Positions 16,489 to 20,000 of a stretch of 20,000 nt of DNA are shown here, piece after piece. This DNA is from an uncultured virus (IMG/VR IMGVR_UViG_3300031857_000106) (taxonomy: Duplodnaviria; Heunggongvirae; Uroviricota; Caudoviricetes): IMG/VR virus record IMGVR_UViG_3300031857_000106, positions 56,414-76,413 of that record; one strand, written 5' to 3'. The first letter of the stretch is position 1. The number at the start of each line of letters is the position of its first letter. Under the pieces are notes generated by a model. The model did no database searches and had not been told where the DNA came from. It worked only from the letters and a program-made list of their open reading frames with translations. The position numbers were made by a program, and so were the translations under genes.

Positions 16489-16993
16489 ATCTTGTTTGTT
16501 CTTAATGTCTTTGACGCTAAAGACAGACAACGTTCGTAAACAACAGGACACCTATACAGTGGACAGAGTGAAAAACTCTGTCCAAATAGGTCCACTAGCC
16601 GGAAATAGAAATTTGGCCTTCGGGGTCAAGAACATCGCAGAAGAAGTCCTGCAAGAAAAAGGCTTCGAATTGGTAGAAGAATCTGACGCCACTCATCACC
16701 TGTTCATCGAGATCGTTTATTTCGATATCGAACAGGTGAAATCTAACGTTGGCGTATTCCACAAAGACAAGAACAATACCCTCATCAGAATGAAGGGAAC
16801 TCTCATCGTCAGCGGCAAGACTTTAAGAACTGCCGTTGCTGAAGAAGTCTCTTCTGAAATTTCTACGTCTACTTTTATCGTCGATGAAGGCGGCGGCTTC
16901 AACCAACAAGCTGCTAGTAATGCTCTGAAAAAGACGTGCATCTCACTCGTAGAAAAACTCACAAATCCAGCCCCAACAAAAAACAAAAAATAA
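16451..16993 (+). CDS. exported protein, possible CsgG/TolB-N-like alpha/beta fold
   Basis: N-terminal hydrophobic signal; helix-LQEKGFELV-strands-ALKK helix pattern parallels the 17595 protein. Confidence 0.65.
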   Translation: MQENGKLFSFLVISCLFLMSLTLKTDNVRKQQDTYTVDRVKNSVQIGPLAGNRNLAFGVKNIAEEVLQEKGFELVEESDATHHLFIEIVYFDIEQVKSNVGVFHKDKNNTLIRMKGTLIVSGKTLRTAVAEEVSSEISTSTFIVDEGGGFNQQAASNALKKTCISLVEKLTNPAPTKNKK

Positions 16994-16995
16994 CA

Positions 16996-17343
16996 ATGAA
17001 AAAACTCACAAATTTCTTCGGAGGAAAAAGTGAATATGTTCCAGTAGAAGACAAGAACAGATTCTATTTCATGCTCCAACAAATGCAGTCTAACAGATGG
17101 AAGATCACCGCCATCGTGTTAGGTCTTTTCACCCTGATCATCGTAGGCATCAACGCAGGCGTTTTCTTAGGCGCATCTATCGGTGAAGATTGGAAAGAAA
17201 TGCTCCTCATCCTCCTCGGTGCTTTCGTCGGTAACTTGAACAAGGTGGTCGACTATTGGTTCAATTCAGAGGACAGAGACAAGATGTTGATCCAAAAAGT
17301 TGACGAAGAAGACGGTGTCTCTCTTTCTAACACAAACGAATAA
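16996..17343 (+). CDS. two-TM membrane protein
   Basis: ITAIVLGLFTLIIVGINAGVFL and MLLILLGAFVG..VVDYWF; start at ATG 16996. Confidence 0.75.
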   Translation: MKKLTNFFGGKSEYVPVEDKNRFYFMLQQMQSNRWKITAIVLGLFTLIIVGINAGVFLGASIGEDWKEMLLILLGAFVGNLNKVVDYWFNSEDRDKMLIQKVDEEDGVSLSNTNE

Positions 17344-17362
17344 AGAAAAATAAAATCACGTT

Positions 17363-17590
17363 ATGAAAAAATTTACAGAATTCTTTGATGAGAAGATATT
17401 CCCATCAATGCTTTACCTCAGCGGTTCTTTCATCATCTTCGCTTTCATCACTCAAGTCACTATGGCTGTCATGACTGCGGTAGTCCCAGAAGATAGAATG
17501 CTCAACATCTCAAATAAGATGTCTTGGAAGTTTGACGGTACTTTTAAGAATCATCCAGACAACATCTTTTACGAGGGAGAAATAAAGTAA
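17363..17590 (+). CDS. small single-TM membrane protein
   Basis: 75 aa with one long hydrophobic segment. Confidence 0.65.
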   Translation: MKKFTEFFDEKIFPSMLYLSGSFIIFAFITQVTMAVMTAVVPEDRMLNISNKMSWKFDGTFKNHPDNIFYEGEIK

Positions 17591-17594
17591 AGCA

Positions 17595-18314
17595 ATGAAA
17601 AGAATCGTAGGCATAGTAGCGCTGAGCTTGCTGAGTTTTGCAGCAAGCTCTCAAACCATCGGAACTACCAAAACCGAAGACTTCAAAGCTGACTTTGAAA
17701 AGAAGAAAGACATTTCGGCTTACCTCGATTATGAAGGTCCACAGATCCCTATTCAAATCTTGAAAGCTGGGATATCTGAAGAAGTGTACGAAATGTACCC
17801 TGAGTTGAAAGAGAAGAGAGTAGGTCTCGGAGTTGCGAACATCTCTATGGAATACTTAGAGAACTTGAACCGTTTCAAGTTTACTGAAGACAAGACAGAG
17901 ATCAAAAACAGAATGGTGAAGCAGTTTCAAGCGAGCCAGGCCGGCATCTCTGAGAATAAGTTGGACGGCCGCGGAAAGATCAACCTCGCAGAATACTTTG
18001 TGACCATTGAAGTCTACGACTATTCAATCTCTGAGGACGAGACTATCAACCTCAAAGACGGCGTCAAAGACAACTTGGTCACACGTCTCGGTCTTCAAGT
18101 ACGTTTCACTAACGCTGAAACCGGAGTAGTTTTCGGAGCTTCAGGGTTAGGTGAAGCAAAGACTACCAGAGAACTCACTCTCTTGAGCGATGCAACTATA
18201 GATCCGATTAAGTTCAACCAATCTACTATCAGCATCGCGACAAAAAAGGCTCTCGACATTGCTTGTGCCAACATTCTGGATAGAATGATCAAGAAAGGCA
18301 TCTTTCAAAAATAA
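17595..18314 (+). CDS. CsgG/HfaB-family (curli assembly/transport-like) exported protein
   Basis: Signal peptide ending ASS-Q; GLGVANI..E.L...NRF...E, A.YFV...VYDY, LQVRF.NAETG.V, KKALD.A pattern typical of CsgG-like proteins. Confidence 0.7.
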   Translation: MKRIVGIVALSLLSFAASSQTIGTTKTEDFKADFEKKKDISAYLDYEGPQIPIQILKAGISEEVYEMYPELKEKRVGLGVANISMEYLENLNRFKFTEDKTEIKNRMVKQFQASQAGISENKLDGRGKINLAEYFVTIEVYDYSISEDETINLKDGVKDNLVTRLGLQVRFTNAETGVVFGASGLGEAKTTRELTLLSDATIDPIKFNQSTISIATKKALDIACANILDRMIKKGIFQK

Positions 18315-18322
18315 AGAGAAAA

Positions 18323-18928
18323 ATGAATCTCAGAAGATGGGGATTGTTTGCTGTTTCTCTGCTTCTTCTTTTTGCTAGCTGCAAAGAGAAGAAAAAAGAC
18401 GTCCCGATCTCGGTTCCGCAAGAAATGGTGCACGACACACTTGCAGTTCACGATACTATTCTCGTTGCTGAACCCTATCCCGTCCCTTACGAAACAGTAA
18501 GGGACAGCATAGTTTATAGAGACGTGGCAATCAACGTGGATACGTTGGCAATACTCAAAATGTTCGATCAAAAGAATGTCTATAGAGACACTCTCAAATT
18601 TGAGTTCGGTTACTTGCTGGTCACTGACACTATCAAAGGCGGCTCCATCGTATCGAGAAATTATCTAGCCAAAGTGAAGCCGCCGGCAGCAAAAGTCAGA
18701 ATTGAGGAAGCTGAGCCGACTAACAAATACTACATAGGAACTAATTTCGGCTTTGACAGACCGAACTATGTGTATTCGTTGGGGACTTCTTTCTTATATG
18801 AAACAAAAAATGACAAGATCTACCAAATTGGATTGGGTGTGAGAAACCGAGTGCTTGACGGAAACACCGGAGTCTTTGAACCTTTCATTCAAGGCGGAGT
18901 ATATTGGAAACTAAAAAACAAAAAATGA
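18323..18928 (+). CDS. putative lipoprotein with DT/DS-rich stalk and beta-rich C-terminus
   Basis: LLLFAS-C lipobox; repeated VHDT/VRDS/RDT; C-terminal amphipathic strands ending GGVYWKL. Confidence 0.7.
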   Translation: MNLRRWGLFAVSLLLLFASCKEKKKDVPISVPQEMVHDTLAVHDTILVAEPYPVPYETVRDSIVYRDVAINVDTLAILKMFDQKNVYRDTLKFEFGYLLVTDTIKGGSIVSRNYLAKVKPPAAKVRIEEAEPTNKYYIGTNFGFDRPNYVYSLGTSFLYETKNDKIYQIGLGVRNRVLDGNTGVFEPFIQGGVYWKLKNKK

Positions 18929-20000
18929 AAAAACACATCGCGGCCACGTTAGGACTCGCATTGACAGCTTTTTCGAGCTTTGCTCAGCTCTCGATCAATC
19001 GATCGATAGTTCAGCAACCGCCTTACAAAGTAGGCGATACTCTCACCGTAAACTATACTGTGACGAGAGGAACTACCACACCTCGTTATTTCTGGCTTAG
19101 ATACCAGCACAATAACCAAGCTCTGTCTCTGGTGAACAACAGCACCACTTTTACGCAAGGCAATCAGACTCAGACGTTTTTCACGAAATGGGACAACTAT
19201 TCTTTCACGCCTTCTAACGCCGGATCTAATCTCTATGCTCAATATACCAGCACTCCTTGGAACTATGTTGCAAATTCAAGCTGGAACGTAGGACAGTTGA
19301 CTGTACAGAGAGTGGATGCTTCTATCGATGGCACATTAGCCACTCAGAAATTTGTGCTAGGCGACGTTTCAGACTACTCAAACATCCACAAATTAGATCT
19401 TGCTTATTCAGTAGACGCTGCAGGTGCTTACATCTCTCCTATCAATACCACCAGCGCTTCTTTGTCGATCGCCAACAATAATGTCAGTGGTAACACTGCC
19501 GGTCTTTCCATCAGAATCACATATCCATCTAACGATACTTCTATCACAAACCTGAAAGCTGTCGCTTACCCTGTAGTGAACGGAGCGCCTGTGACTTCTG
19601 GACAACCTCTAGAAACAAAAACATTTAACGCTCAAGGTCTAGCAGTTTTCACAACTTTGAAAGTAGGAGACACTGTAGCAGTGTACGTAGTACCTACGAT
19701 CAGTCAGACTTATTTGAATAATATAGTCACCGTGACAGATGCCTACAAAGCATTCTTAGCAGTTTCTAACGTAGGTCTTAACGGAGGCTCTACATTTTTC
19801 ACGTATCCAGTTCTGGAAAATAAGATTGGTAACGTTACCATCGGAGATACTACTTTCACGGTGGACGATTCTTACTATTCTTTCGCTTATGTGATGGGAC
19901 AGAACGTCTCAGCCAACGCATCGATCCCGACTTCGACTTCATCTTCCATTAAGATGCTTTCTTCGAAGAGATCAACATGGGCCAGTGGAATACAGAACAA
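18925..20000 (+). CDS. large secreted protein with cohesin-like and dockerin-like segments (3' truncated; absent from ORF track)
   Basis: Open from ATG 18925 to the window end: MKKHIAATLGLALTAFSSFA-Q signal, YKVGDTLTVNY, T/S/N-rich beta content, NNIVTVTDAYKAF and GNVTIGDTTFTVDDSYYSFAYVMG. Confidence 0.75.
   Translation, partial: MKKHIAATLGLALTAFSSFAQLSINRSIVQQPPYKVGDTLTVNYTVTRGTTTPRYFWLRYQHNNQALSLVNNSTTFTQGNQTQTFFTKWDNYSFTPSNAGSNLYAQYTSTPWNYVANSSWNVGQLTVQRVDASIDGTLATQKFVLGDVSDYSNIHKLDLAYSVDAAGAYISPINTTSASLSIANNNVSGNTAGLSIRITYPSNDTSITNLKAVAYPVVNGAPVTSGQPLETKTFNAQGLAVFTTLKVGDTVAVYVVPTISQTYLNNIVTVTDAYKAFLAVSNVGLNGGSTFFTYPVLENKIGNVTIGDTTFTVDDSYYSFAYVMGQNVSANASIPTSTSSSIKMLSSKRSTWASGIQN

Noticed and set aside
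16953..17012. Short repeat aaaaactcacaaat at the end of the 16451 gene and the start of the 16996 gene
   Set aside because: Only about 14 nt and A-rich; no function supportable.
1..20000. Minus-strand and nested alternative-frame ORFs in the track
   Set aside because: They overlap well-supported + strand genes and show no motifs; treated as shadow ORFs.
1..20000. Stop-codon reassignment as seen in some large phages
   Set aside because: TAA, TAG and TGA all end genes at sensible positions and coding density is high under code 11.

Overview
A densely packed, entirely + strand segment (~45 CDS, many overlapping ATGA/TAATG junctions, standard genetic code) that reads as part of a large/jumbo phage genome. 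The host is probably Bacteroidota: starts are A-rich without obvious Shine-Dalgarno sequences, promoters resemble TTTG-N19-TAnnTTTG, and signal peptides are followed by Gln. It carries (i) RNA repair and nucleotide genes: C-terminal part of a TROVE/Ro60-like protein, metallophosphoesterase, NT5C-type HAD nucleotidase, AEP-like protein, DEDDh exonuclease, P-loop kinase plus T4 Rnl1-like ligase, thyA and a cyclic-phosphate-processing receiver-like protein; (ii) a probable late block: a GT25 glycosyltransferase and other proteins with capsid-targeting-like xxE leaders, plus a PG-binding/GH19 endolysin; (iii) a cell-envelope/secretion cluster from 15.9 kb to the end: membrane proteins, CsgG-like protein, lipoprotein and a truncated cohesin/dockerin-like secreted protein. 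The envelope cluster is headed by a deletion-collapsed paralog relic that shares an exact 47-nt hairpin with the intact gene and can fold into six consecutive stem-loops. Three promoter-like motif classes recur. All family assignments come from motif recognition by eye, not database searches.
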